Source: Phycisphaerae bacterium (lineage in GTDB: Bacteria; Planctomycetota; Phycisphaerae; Sedimentisphaerales; UBA12454). Taken from it: a stretch of DNA of 64,000 nucleotides. The notes beneath the pieces are model-generated. The model worked only from the letters and a program-made list of their open reading frames with translations, had not been told where the DNA came from and did not search any database. Below, one piece after another: positions 17,120 through 26,154 of the stretch (its first letter is position 1; every line of letters begins with the position of its first letter). The stretch covers positions 33,427 to 97,426 of the forward strand of contig JAPLMW010000064.1 of the NCBI GenBank assembly GCA_026386845.1, written 5' to 3'. The position numbers and the translations under genes were made by a program.

Positions 17120-17220
17120 GTGTGCGCCTCCTAAAGAGGAGGAGGTACGTGTGGGCTATTTAGAATAACGTTTCATAAGATAGTACGTCAAGGGAAAATT
17201 CCTGTTCAACAGAAATTTCT
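17079..17220 (-). ncRNA. candidate ~140-nt sRNA with CU-rich (anti-SD-like) motif
   Basis: A putative promoter lies upstream. The CCTCCTCCTCTTTAGGAGG hairpin sits at about 17128-17150, and the T9 terminator is at 17079-17119. There is no ORF. The strand is inferred from the U-tracts. Confidence 0.3.
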
Positions 17221-17226
17221 ATAAAT

Positions 17227-17254
17227 ATTATAACAAGCCTGCGAAACAATGCAA
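17227..17254 (-). promoter_or_regulatory. sigma70-like promoter (minus strand)
   Basis: On the minus strand: TTGCAT (17249-17254), a 16-nt spacer, then a perfect TATAAT (17227-17232). Confidence 0.3.
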
Positions 17255-17986
17255 GTGTTTTTATTTGATTATATTCCAAAAAACAGGTCTTATAAAATTA
17301 CAGCAAAAACAGACAGTTATAATTGAAAAAGAACGAGTAACGCTTTTAAGCAAATACCCTGTAAAAGATGGGAAATACTTTCTTTGCTAAATGCAAACCT
17401 TGCAAAGAACTAAACTTAATTATACCCTCGAATACGCGATAAATCAGGCAAACATCACAACAAAGCCGTTAGTTGTGATATTCTGCATCAAGCCAAACGT
17501 CCCGGAGGCTAACGCCAGACACTATTATCTTTATGCTCGAATGGCTTGTCGAGATACAAAAAAAACCTGAAAAGAAGAAATATCCAAATGGTCGTCAGGA
17601 CCGGTAATTTCGTTAAAATCGTCCCAGAAATGGCCAAAAACGCCTGCGAAGCCACATCGTAGATGCCGGATACCTGAAATTTCAACAAAAATGCAGGTTG
17701 GATGCAGCTAAAAAAATTAACTGCAGATTAACCCAAATAGAAACAAACCTGATAGTCCCACCAGAAACGGCTTGGCCAAAAGAAGAAATTCGGCAAAAAC
17801 ATTCAGACAGAAAAAATAATAAAAATTTTAACAGATTCCTTGTTAAACTGCCGCAGACAAAATACATCAAAAGCTCATTAGGCCTGAAATTCAAAAGTCC
17901 GGACATCAGCAGTCCTGAAGCTATTATAAAAAAACTCAAAATAGACCAGTTAGTTGGAAAGGCAAAATATTTCAAAGGCGGAGGCG

Positions 17987-19423
17987 TTATTGTTGTGCGC
18001 CGGCTTTTTCAAGCATTTGCACAATATCCGCGCGATTTGCTTTTTTTGCCGACTTTAAGGCCGTTTGGCCATTGTAAGCCTTTACATTGACATCAGCGCC
18101 TTTTTGCAACAAGAGTTCGACAATTTCGGTATTTGCCGCCAGTGCCGCGGTCATCAGCGCGGTAACGCCTTTGTTAGTTCCGGCATTAACCTCAGCGCCT
18201 TTTTCGAGCAGAAGCCTGGCGACTTCCACCTGGCCATACCCCGCCGCTATCATCAGTGCCGACCTGCCGTCGATAGTCCTTGCATTGACAATAGCGCCTT
18301 TCTCAATCAGGAGCCTGACAACTTCCGTATCGCCGTTCTGCGTTGCCATTATCAGAGCTGTTACGCCATTGTCGGTTCTATTGACATTGACCTCTGCGCC
18401 TCTTTGCAGCAGGAGTTTGACGATTTCGGTGTGACGCCCCTGTGCGGCCATTATGAGGGCAGTCGCACCTGTGTCGGTTCTCCTTGGATTGACATCAGCG
18501 TCTTTTTCCAGCAGAAGTTTGATGATTTCGGTATAACCATTCTGCGCGGCCATTATCAGGGCCGTTATGCCGTTAGCAGCCTTTGCATTGACATCGGCGC
18601 CCTTCTCCAGCAGAAGCTTGACGATATCCGTATAGCCATTCTGAGCGGCCGCTATCAAAGCCGTCAAACCGCTGCCTTTTCTCTTAGCATTGACATCAGC
18701 GCCTCTTTGCAGCAAAACTTTAACGGTTTCCGTAAGACCCCTTCCGGCAGTAATTATCAGGACTGTTTCGCCATTGTCAGCTTTTGCTTTGACATCGGCG
18801 TTCTTTTCCAGCAGCAGCCCGATGATATCCGAATAGGCTTTCCTTGCCGCTATTATTAAGGCCGTTGCGCCATCACTGGTTCTCTTTGCGTTAACATTAG
18901 CGCCTTTTTCCAGCAGAAGCTTGACTATTTCCATACGGCCTTCCTGCGCCGCCATCATTAGCGATGTTGTGCCGTCGCTGTCGGCGGCGTTGACATCAGC
19001 TCCTCTTTCCAGCAGAAGCTTGACGATTTCCGTGTGCCCCCTATATGCCGCCATTCTCAGCGCCGTTACATCGCGATCGATTCTCTTTGCGTTGACATCA
19101 GCGCCCTTTTCCAGCAGAAGCCTGACGATTTCCATGTGGCCGTTTTGCGCCGCCTGTATCAGAGCCGTTGTGCCGGCGAGGGTTGCCTTGGCGTTGACAT
19201 TAGCGTTCGCAACCAGAGCAGCCTGCACGGCAGCGAGGTTGCCGTCCTGTGCGGCGCGAACCAATTGAGTATCCGCGTCCGCGACCGGAGCAGTCCGCAC
19301 AGCAGCAAGGTTACCATCCTGCGCGGCGCGAACTGATTGAGCATTCGCGTCCGGAGCGTTCACATCGGCAAAAGCAGCAGATGCCAGAGAAATACACACT
19401 ATAAAAAATAAGATTCGTTTCAC
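17987..19423 (-). CDS. secreted ankyrin-repeat protein (~13 ANK repeats)
   Basis: 478 aa. It has a signal peptide MKRILFFIVCISLASAAFA. This is followed by 33-aa repeats of the form G-TALI-AAQNG-TEIVKLLLEKGADVNAK. The DNA shows the corresponding 99-bp periodicity. Confidence 0.9.
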   Translation of the reverse strand: MKRILFFIVCISLASAAFADVNAPDANAQSVRAAQDGNLAAVRTAPVADADTQLVRAAQDGNLAAVQAALVANANVNAKATLAGTTALIQAAQNGHMEIVRLLLEKGADVNAKRIDRDVTALRMAAYRGHTEIVKLLLERGADVNAADSDGTTSLMMAAQEGRMEIVKLLLEKGANVNAKRTSDGATALIIAARKAYSDIIGLLLEKNADVKAKADNGETVLIITAGRGLTETVKVLLQRGADVNAKRKGSGLTALIAAAQNGYTDIVKLLLEKGADVNAKAANGITALIMAAQNGYTEIIKLLLEKDADVNPRRTDTGATALIMAAQGRHTEIVKLLLQRGAEVNVNRTDNGVTALIMATQNGDTEVVRLLIEKGAIVNARTIDGRSALMIAAGYGQVEVARLLLEKGAEVNAGTNKGVTALMTAALAANTEIVELLLQKGADVNVKAYNGQTALKSAKKANRADIVQMLEKAGAQQ

Positions 19424-19578
19424 TGGATTTCCTTTTCCCTGAGTTAATGCTATTTATTTGAGCGTTCGATAATTATCATAATTTCGATACGTATTGTAAA
19501 GACCCTTTTTGCCCCGGACAGATCGAAATTCGATTGTTTTCTTGCTATTGTTTTTTCAATCGTTATACTTTGCTAAGT

Positions 19579-20211
19579 ATGTCAATCGCTGAGAAGTTAA
19601 AATCACGATTCATAGTTCTGGACGGGCCTGACGGCAGCGGGAAAAGCACACAGGCCGCAATGCTGGCTGAATACCTCAAAACGCAGGGCATTTCGCCGGC
19701 GGTTTTTCGCGACCCCGGCTCAACGGCCATCGGCGAAAAGATAAGGGACGTCCTGCTCGACTCCAAAAACAACCTGATGGGCGACAGAACCGAGCTTTTG
19801 CTCTATATGGCCAGCCGCGCCCAACTCTGGCAGGAGCGCATCGCACCGGCACTGAAAGAAAAAAAATGCGTGCTGCTTGACCGCTGGCTTTCGAGCACCT
19901 GCGCGTATCAGGGCTTTGCAGGCGGGCTTGGAATCGCAAAAATCATTGATATTGCCAAACATTCACTCGAAAGAATCTGGCCTGACCTGACAATTATACT
20001 CGATGTTGACCTTCGCACGGCCAAGACGAGAATAAAACGCAAGTTCGACAGAATGGAGCAAAAGGCGGCCGGCTATCATAAAAAAGTCAGGACAGGTTTT
20101 CTTGAGCTTGCGGAGCTTCGCGACGATATTATCGTTCTGGACGCATCAGCGGACCAGCAAACAGTTCACAAAGAAATTGTGCGAACAATAGAAAAATACT
20201 TCAATCTTTAA
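19579..20211 (+). CDS. tmk: dTMP (thymidylate) kinase
   Basis: FIVLDGPDGSGKSTQ P-loop, and LLDRWLSSTCAYQG. The start was chosen at MSIAEK (19579) rather than the upstream ORF start at 19534. Confidence 0.9.
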   Translation: MSIAEKLKSRFIVLDGPDGSGKSTQAAMLAEYLKTQGISPAVFRDPGSTAIGEKIRDVLLDSKNNLMGDRTELLLYMASRAQLWQERIAPALKEKKCVLLDRWLSSTCAYQGFAGGLGIAKIIDIAKHSLERIWPDLTIILDVDLRTAKTRIKRKFDRMEQKAAGYHKKVRTGFLELAELRDDIIVLDASADQQTVHKEIVRTIEKYFNL

Positions 20212-20217
20212 AATCAT

Positions 20218-21324
20218 ATGAACCTTTCCGATATTTTTTGTCAGGACAGGGCCGTCGATACTTTGCAGCGGGCTTTTACCGCCCAAAGGATTCCGCACGC
20301 GCATATATTTTCAGGGCCGCAGGGCGTGGGAAAATTCACGACCGCCCGCTGCTGGGGCAAACTATTGTTATGCAAATCCCCGATAAAGAAAAATAATTTC
20401 GCTGACAGCTGCGGCAAATGCGATTCCTGCCGGAGTTTCGAGAGCGATTCTCATCCGGACTTTCATCATATTTATAAGGAACTCATCCGGTACACCAAAG
20501 ACTCGCAAAATAAAAATAAAACGCCTGTGGAGCTGCCGATAGATGTCATCCGGGAGTTTGTAATTGAAAAAGTTCAGATTAAGCCCATCTTTTCAGCGGC
20601 CAAGGTTTTTGTCGTAAGCGAAGCTGAAAAGCTAAACAAAGAGAGCCAAAACGCGCTTTTAAAAACCCTTGAAGAGCCGCCGGACAAAAGCTTTATTGTC
20701 CTGCTCTGCACAAAGCTCGATAATCTTCTGCCGACGACAAGGTCTCGCTGTCAGATTGTCGGCTTCGGTCCGGTAAGCGAGGAAAAAATAATCGCTCACC
20801 TGTCCGCGGCCGGGATTAATAAACAAGAGGCGAAATTCCTGGCAAGATTAACCGCGGGCAGTATCGGCCAAGCCGAGCTTTTCACTAAATTTGAGCCGTC
20901 GTTTTATGGAATCAAAAAGCAATTACTGGAGCGTCTGTCCGGCAGCAGGCTTTCTGATACTGTAGATTTTGCGCAATGGATAAGCTCAACCGCTGCGCAA
21001 CTGACAGATTCGTGGTGTGAACTTACGCCCGGCATAAGCAAATCAGACATAAGCAGGCAGGCAAAAAAAATCTTCGTCCAGATGTTCATATCGGCTCTTA
21101 ATGACGCGATGAAGCAGGGCATTGTCGAACCTGCTGAAATGGTAAATTTCGACCAGCCGCAGCAGATAAAAATTATCGCCCAAAAATACGAGCCGGAAAA
21201 ATGCGCCGAATTGATTGAGGATTGTTTCAAGACCAGCCGTTTTATTGACGCTTCTGTCAACGAAAAACTCATTTTTGAGCACTTATTGCTAAATTTCACA
21301 GATTCTGCTATAATAAAGATATGA
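20218..21324 (+). CDS. holB: DNA polymerase III delta-prime subunit
   Basis: 368 aa. HAHIFSGPQGVGKFTTA, zinc module CGKCDSCRSFESDSHPDF, and the SRCQ motif. tmk-holB synteny is present. Confidence 0.85.
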   Translation: MNLSDIFCQDRAVDTLQRAFTAQRIPHAHIFSGPQGVGKFTTARCWGKLLLCKSPIKKNNFADSCGKCDSCRSFESDSHPDFHHIYKELIRYTKDSQNKNKTPVELPIDVIREFVIEKVQIKPIFSAAKVFVVSEAEKLNKESQNALLKTLEEPPDKSFIVLLCTKLDNLLPTTRSRCQIVGFGPVSEEKIIAHLSAAGINKQEAKFLARLTAGSIGQAELFTKFEPSFYGIKKQLLERLSGSRLSDTVDFAQWISSTAAQLTDSWCELTPGISKSDISRQAKKIFVQMFISALNDAMKQGIVEPAEMVNFDQPQQIKIIAQKYEPEKCAELIEDCFKTSRFIDASVNEKLIFEHLLLNFTDSAIIKI

Positions 21325-22388
21325 ACGATAACAATATCGAAGCAAAACAAAAACCCAAGCATAACCCCGCGGAAAAGAAGATGCTTGTCCGTTACGGGAA
21401 AACCGGCACTGTCGGCTGGTTTACACACGAGGAAAAAAATATGCCCAAGGCTCACAGCAAGGTAATGATAAAGACTGAAAGAGGCCTTGAAATCGGCGAG
21501 GTGGTCGGCAGGTTCTGCTATAAAGCCGGCGTCTTCAAAAAAACTGAGGATGCCGTCGTTGACTATTACGGACAGGGAGTGGAAAACTGCCCGATAACGG
21601 TGGGAGGAAGATTCGTTCGCTACGCCACCGAGCAGGACCTGGCTGATGAACGGCACGTAAACTCCGGCGCAAAGCAGGAGCTTGACAAATGCCGGCTGTT
21701 TATAAAGGAACTGAATCTGCCTATGAAGCCGGTTGACATAGAACACGTCTTCGGCGGCGAAAGAATCATTTTCTATTTCACCGCCGAGACCAGAATCGAC
21801 TTTCGCGAGCTTGTCAAAAGGCTCGCAAAAGAGTTTCAGACAAGAATCGAAATGAGGCAGGTGGGTTCGAGAGACGCCGCGAAAATCGCCGCCGATATAG
21901 AGGTCTGCGGCCAGCCCTGCTGCTGCGCAAGATTTTTAAAGATTCTCAAGCCGGTCAATATGAAAATGGCGAAGCTTCAGAAGGCTACTCTCGACCCGGC
22001 AAAAATCTCAGGTTATTGCGGCAGGCTCAAATGCTGCCTGCGGTATGAAGACCACACATACAGGGACCTTGTCCGGCGTCTGCCGAGAAAACGAACCCGC
22101 GTAAAAACCGCTCACGGCGAAGGCATAGTCGTCGATGCGCAGATACTCACTCAGCTGGTATCCATAAAAACAGACGACGGAACGATTTTCGCAGTGCCGC
22201 TGGAGGAAATAGAAATTCTTGAGTCTCCGCCAAGAGAACCCCAGGTTGAAAGAACCGATAAACCGGCTCAGGAACGGCCTTCCGGCGAGGAAATCCCCGA
22301 CGATTTTGACACTGAAGATATAAACGACAGGGAGCCGGACATTGATTTCGACGAGCCGGAAGACGAGCAGGATAAACCGGAGCAGTAA
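21321..22388 (+). CDS. PSP1 domain protein (YaaT/RicT-like)
   Basis: 355 aa. It has a PSP1 C-terminal region with CGQPCCCARFL and CGRLKCCLRYE, plus an acidic tail. It shows the classical tmk-holB-yaaT synteny and overlaps holB by 4 nt. Confidence 0.85.
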   Translation: MNDNNIEAKQKPKHNPAEKKMLVRYGKTGTVGWFTHEEKNMPKAHSKVMIKTERGLEIGEVVGRFCYKAGVFKKTEDAVVDYYGQGVENCPITVGGRFVRYATEQDLADERHVNSGAKQELDKCRLFIKELNLPMKPVDIEHVFGGERIIFYFTAETRIDFRELVKRLAKEFQTRIEMRQVGSRDAAKIAADIEVCGQPCCCARFLKILKPVNMKMAKLQKATLDPAKISGYCGRLKCCLRYEDHTYRDLVRRLPRKRTRVKTAHGEGIVVDAQILTQLVSIKTDDGTIFAVPLEEIEILESPPREPQVERTDKPAQERPSGEEIPDDFDTEDINDREPDIDFDEPEDEQDKPEQ

Positions 22389-24380
22389 ATGAGCCGCAAA
22401 ATTATCGTCACTTCAGCGCTTCCTTATGCCAACGGCCCGATTCATATGGGTCATCTTGTCGAGTATATGCAGACTGATATATGGGTCCGCTTCCAAAAGG
22501 TAAACGGTAATCAATGCTGGTATTTTTGCGCCGATGACACGCACGGCACACCTGTAATGATTAGCGCCCGCTCCGAAGGCATAAAACCCGAGCAGCTTAT
22601 AGAAAGGGTTTATGCGGAGCATACAAGGGATTTCAAAAATTTTCATATAGAGTTTGATAATTTTTATTCCACTCATTCGGAGGAAAACCGCCAGCTCAGC
22701 GAGCTGATTTTCAACCGTCTGATGGAAAAAGGCTCCATCGTCCAAAGCGAAATCGAGCAGACCTTCTGCGAAAGCTGCAAAATGTTTCTGCCGGACAGAT
22801 TCATCCGCGGCGTCTGTCCGAAATGCAAAGCTGAAAATCAATACGGTGATTCGTGCGATACCTGCGGAGCGGCATATCAGCCGACAGATTTAATCAACCC
22901 TGCCTGCGCGACCTGCGGGACAAAGCCGATAATTAAAAAAAGTATACATTATTTTTTCAGACTCGCAGATTATCAACAGCAGCTTAAAAAACTTATCGGG
23001 TCAGGCTACACAGGCAAAAGCGTCTCCAACAAGCTCGATGAATGGTTCGCCGCGGGTCTTAAAGACTGGGACATTTCGCGCGACGGCCCTTACTTCGGCT
23101 TTAAAATTCCCGGCGAGGAAAACAAATTCTTCTACGTCTGGCTCGATGCGCCAATCGGCTATATGGCAAGCTGCAAAAACTACTGCGATAAAAACGGCCT
23201 CGATTTCGATAAGGTCTGGAACGGCAAAGATTACGAGCTTTATCATTTCATCGGCAAGGACATTATATATTTCCACGCCTTGTTCTGGCCCGCGATGCTG
23301 ATGGGAAGCGGGTTCAAAATTGCAAACAGACTTTTCGTGCACGGATTTCTTACCGTCAACGGCGTAAAAATGAGCAAATCCAAAGGCACTTTCATCAAGG
23401 CCGAGACTTACGCAAAATACCTTGACCCGGAATACCTGCGCTATTATTACGCGAGCAAATTAACCGATGGCGTGGGTGATTTGGACCTTAACCTCGATGA
23501 TTTCGTCGCAAAGGTAAATTCCGACCTCGTCGGAAACCTCGCGAATCTCGCAAGCCGGTCTGTGCCGATGCTGACGGGAAAACTGGATTCAAAACTCGGT
23601 GCTCTCGATAAAACCGGCAGAGAACTCGTAAATCAGCTTATAGGGGTAAAACAGCAGATAATAAGCGATTATGAAAATCTCGATTACGCCTCTGTCATCA
23701 GGCAGATAACTTCGCTTGCCGATGCGGCCAACCGCTACGTCGAGCAGAACCAGCCTTGGTCAACAATAAAAACCGACGCTGAGAAAACCCGGACTACGCT
23801 TACTGCCGTTTTGAATGCCGTAAAAATTCTCGCCGTATATTTAAAACCCGTATTGCCGGTCTTTGTCGGAAAGATTGAAAAAATTCTCAACATCGCGCCT
23901 TTATCATTTGCCGACGTCGGCGCATTACTGGAAAATCATAAAATAAACGAATATATAAGACTTGCTGAAAGAGTCGAAAAGGATAAGGTAAACGCTATGA
24001 CAGAAGAAAGTAAAAATGAGCAGCCGCAGCCGGCGCTCGAAGAACCAATCGAGCCTGAATGCACCATAGATGATTTCAAAAAGGCTGACCTGCGCGTCGC
24101 AAAAGTAGTAAAGGCTGAAAAGGTCGCGGGCGCAGATAAACTTTTGCGGCTTGAACTGGATATCGGCGGCATAACAAAAAGCGTTTTTGCGGGCATCGCA
24201 CAGGCTTATGAGCCCGAGCAGCTTGTCGGCAGATTAGTTATTTGCGCTGCTAATTTGCAGCCTCGAAAGATGAAATTCGGCGTATCGGAAGGAATGATTC
24301 TCGCTGCCGGCACCGGCGGAAAGGATATTTTCATACTCGGCATCGACGCCGGCGCAAAACCAGGACAGAGAATACATTGA
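22389..24380 (+). CDS. metG: methionine--tRNA ligase with C-terminal tRNA-binding domain
   Basis: 663 aa. PYANGPIHMGHL (HIGH), KMSKSKG (KMSKS), a zinc knuckle CPKC...CDTCG, and a C-terminal Trbp111/EMAP-like domain. Confidence 0.95.
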   Translation: MSRKIIVTSALPYANGPIHMGHLVEYMQTDIWVRFQKVNGNQCWYFCADDTHGTPVMISARSEGIKPEQLIERVYAEHTRDFKNFHIEFDNFYSTHSEENRQLSELIFNRLMEKGSIVQSEIEQTFCESCKMFLPDRFIRGVCPKCKAENQYGDSCDTCGAAYQPTDLINPACATCGTKPIIKKSIHYFFRLADYQQQLKKLIGSGYTGKSVSNKLDEWFAAGLKDWDISRDGPYFGFKIPGEENKFFYVWLDAPIGYMASCKNYCDKNGLDFDKVWNGKDYELYHFIGKDIIYFHALFWPAMLMGSGFKIANRLFVHGFLTVNGVKMSKSKGTFIKAETYAKYLDPEYLRYYYASKLTDGVGDLDLNLDDFVAKVNSDLVGNLANLASRSVPMLTGKLDSKLGALDKTGRELVNQLIGVKQQIISDYENLDYASVIRQITSLADAANRYVEQNQPWSTIKTDAEKTRTTLTAVLNAVKILAVYLKPVLPVFVGKIEKILNIAPLSFADVGALLENHKINEYIRLAERVEKDKVNAMTEESKNEQPQPALEEPIEPECTIDDFKKADLRVAKVVKAEKVAGADKLLRLELDIGGITKSVFAGIAQAYEPEQLVGRLVICAANLQPRKMKFGVSEGMILAAGTGGKDIFILGIDAGAKPGQRIH

Positions 24381-24386
24381 AAACCT

Positions 24387-24788
24387 ATGAAAAAAAGTAT
24401 TGAGGAAATCGCGAAACTTGACGGCAGGTATTCCCTGCGAGCGTTTGAATTTGTGCACGAGGGGCTTGGCCGAACTGTAAAAAAATCCTATGGCGACGGA
24501 ATTGAAAACGAAGGTCCCCATCACGTTACCGGAAGAGAGCTTTGCCTCGGCCTTGCGGAACTTGCCGGCGAAAAATGGGGCTACCTGGCAAGGGTCGTTT
24601 TAAATCGGCTCGGCATAAAATCCACTTACGACTTCGGCAGCATCGTATATCTTATGGTCGAGCATAAATGGATGTATGCCCGTCCTGAGGACACGATAGA
24701 CGAATTTAAAAATGTTTACGACTTCGAGGAAGTCTTCGAAAAAAACTTCAAATTCATCGCTACAAAACGAAAGACCGATGAGATATAA
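24387..24788 (+). CDS. conserved hypothetical protein (resembles PVC-restricted Minf_1886-type family, from memory)
   Basis: 133 aa, 6 nt after metG. It shows no catalytic motifs. The family assignment is unverified. Confidence 0.45.
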   Translation: MKKSIEEIAKLDGRYSLRAFEFVHEGLGRTVKKSYGDGIENEGPHHVTGRELCLGLAELAGEKWGYLARVVLNRLGIKSTYDFGSIVYLMVEHKWMYARPEDTIDEFKNVYDFEEVFEKNFKFIATKRKTDEI

Positions 24789-24791
24789 CGA

Positions 24792-24849
24792 TTTAGCGGC
24801 CGCCACTTGGGGCGGCCTTAAAACCCCGCCTCAAACGGCGGGGGCTAAA
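24792..24849 (+). repeat. composite REP element, copy A (upstream flank of RAYT)
   Basis: TTTAGC-GGCCGCC-ACTTGG-GGCGGCC-TTAAAA-CCCCGCC-TCAAAC-GGCGGGG-GCTAAA. This gives two GC hairpins closed by the outer 6-bp stem TTTAGC/GCTAAA. Confidence 0.9.
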
Positions 24850-25406
24850 TGAGAGGTGTAATGATAATCGCCTATCACATTGTTTTCACAACTTATGGCA
24901 CCTGGCTGCCGAATGACCCAAGAGGCTCATTTTCCAAGCAAATATATAATCAAAAACTTACAATAATCGCTCCGATAAAATATGGTAAACAAGAAAATAT
25001 ACCAAATAAAGAAAACTTGAATAAATTCTGGGCCGATACATCAGGAAAATTAAAACGCCAACCATATTTCATAGATGAGAAATCACGACAGACAATCGCT
25101 GAATCGTTTGCAAACACAATCAGCGGATTGAAATTAACAGTACCGGCCTGTGCTATAATGAAAGACCATATTCATATACTTGTTTTACGCACCGAATATA
25201 AAATCGGGTATATTGTCAACCAGCTAAAAAGTATAGCTACAAAGAAGCTAAACCGCAAAGATACTCCCTGGACAGAAGGATACTGGAAAATATTTATAAA
25301 TAATCAGGAAACATTACAATCAGCTATAGAGTATATAAACTCTAATCCTGTTTCTGCTGGTATGCCTCGACAAAATTGGAAATTTGTCAGTCCAACTTCT
25401 ATTTAG
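24849..25406 (+). mobile_element. REP-associated tyrosine transposase (RAYT; IS200-like Y1 HUH transposase)
   Basis: 185 aa. YHIVFTTYGTWLPNDPRGS, the HUH motif HIHILV, and the catalytic Tyr context AIEYINSNPV. It is a single gene bracketed by REP copies. Its stop codon lies inside copy B. Confidence 0.8.
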
Positions 25407-25459
25407 CGGCCGCCACTTGAGGCGGCCTTAAAACCCCGCCTTAAACGGCAGGGGCTAAA
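25402..25459 (+). repeat. composite REP element, copy B (downstream flank of RAYT)
   Basis: Same orientation as copy A. It differs at 3 positions, two in the hairpin loops and one in the stem of hairpin 2 (GGCAGGG vs GGCGGGG). It abuts the thyX stop codon. Confidence 0.9.
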
Positions 25460-26086
25460 TTATTGTGTATCGCTGGGATGTTCCTGGCCGATTTCAACAT
25501 CACTAAAACAAGTCGGAGCTTTATTTTTCAAAATTTTCAGTATCTCCATACAAACAATCCTGATTTCCCACTGTGCCTTTGGGCTTGTCCGAAGTTTAAT
25601 TATATGCCGCCACTCCCGGAAATTCGCTGTTACGACTATTTCGCTTGTGCAGGCATTGGGAAGGACAAACCTTGCATCCTCTTTTTTAAGTCCTTTATTA
25701 CGCCATTTGATATACATCTGCCTGATGACCTCCATATCGTCGCGGAATTCTTTCTGAAATTCCTTCGGTATCGTCGGCGGCGTTACAAAACTGAAATTAT
25801 CCTCGTCAACATATCTTTGCGACTGCTGTGAAACACTCATTAACCTGTGCCTTACAAGCTGATGCGTCATCGCGCGCGAGCAGTTTTCAATTCTGAACGT
25901 TGCGCAGGCGTGTTCCAGCGGCGAATCGTGCCCAATTTTTATCAGTTTCTGAATAAAATCCTTAGCCGAATCGGCTCCGATTTTGTCGAAACTCAGATAG
26001 CACGTCCTGCCAGCCTCTTCGATAAGCTTTTCCGCATCAGGCGTAATCGAAAGTAGCGTAACCTTTAGCTGAATATTCTTATCCAT
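25460..26086 (-). CDS. thyX: FAD-dependent thymidylate synthase
   Basis: 208 aa with the ThyX signature RHRLMSVSQQSQRY. Confidence 0.92.
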   Translation of the reverse strand: MDKNIQLKVTLLSITPDAEKLIEEAGRTCYLSFDKIGADSAKDFIQKLIKIGHDSPLEHACATFRIENCSRAMTHQLVRHRLMSVSQQSQRYVDEDNFSFVTPPTIPKEFQKEFRDDMEVIRQMYIKWRNKGLKKEDARFVLPNACTSEIVVTANFREWRHIIKLRTSPKAQWEIRIVCMEILKILKNKAPTCFSDVEIGQEHPSDTQ

Positions 26087-26121
26087 ATATATATTTCAAT
26101 TCTTCGTGTCTTAGTGCCTTG

Positions 26122-26145
26122 CCTGTCTTGAGCGTAGCCGAAAGA
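26122..26145 (+). repeat. dispersed CCTGTCTTGAGCGTAGCCGAAAGA family repeat
   Basis: Same family as 9272 and 14564. Confidence 0.6.
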
Positions 26146-26154
26146 GTGGCTGTC

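Noticed and set aside
17160-17986. ORFs 17682-17975 (-) and 17698-18090 (+) in the A/T-rich kilobase downstream of the ankyrin gene; a possible decayed membrane-protein gene
   Set aside because: The hydrophobic-looking translation on the minus strand continues in another frame (IYDVASQAFLAISGTILTKLPVLTTIWIFLLF...). This hints at a frameshifted relic, but T-rich DNA gives such peptides by chance. There is no start or RBS and no family motif, so the region is left unannotated.
18065-19336. Long plus-strand ORFs (264, 115, 115 and 100 aa) opposite the ankyrin gene
   Set aside because: They are antisense shadows of a highly repetitive, GC-skewed ANK coding sequence. Their translations are low-complexity and lack any domain pattern.
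20904-21746. 280-aa minus-strand ORF
   Set aside because: It lies antisense to the well-supported holB and PSP1 genes. It has no motifs and a composition typical of a shadow ORF.
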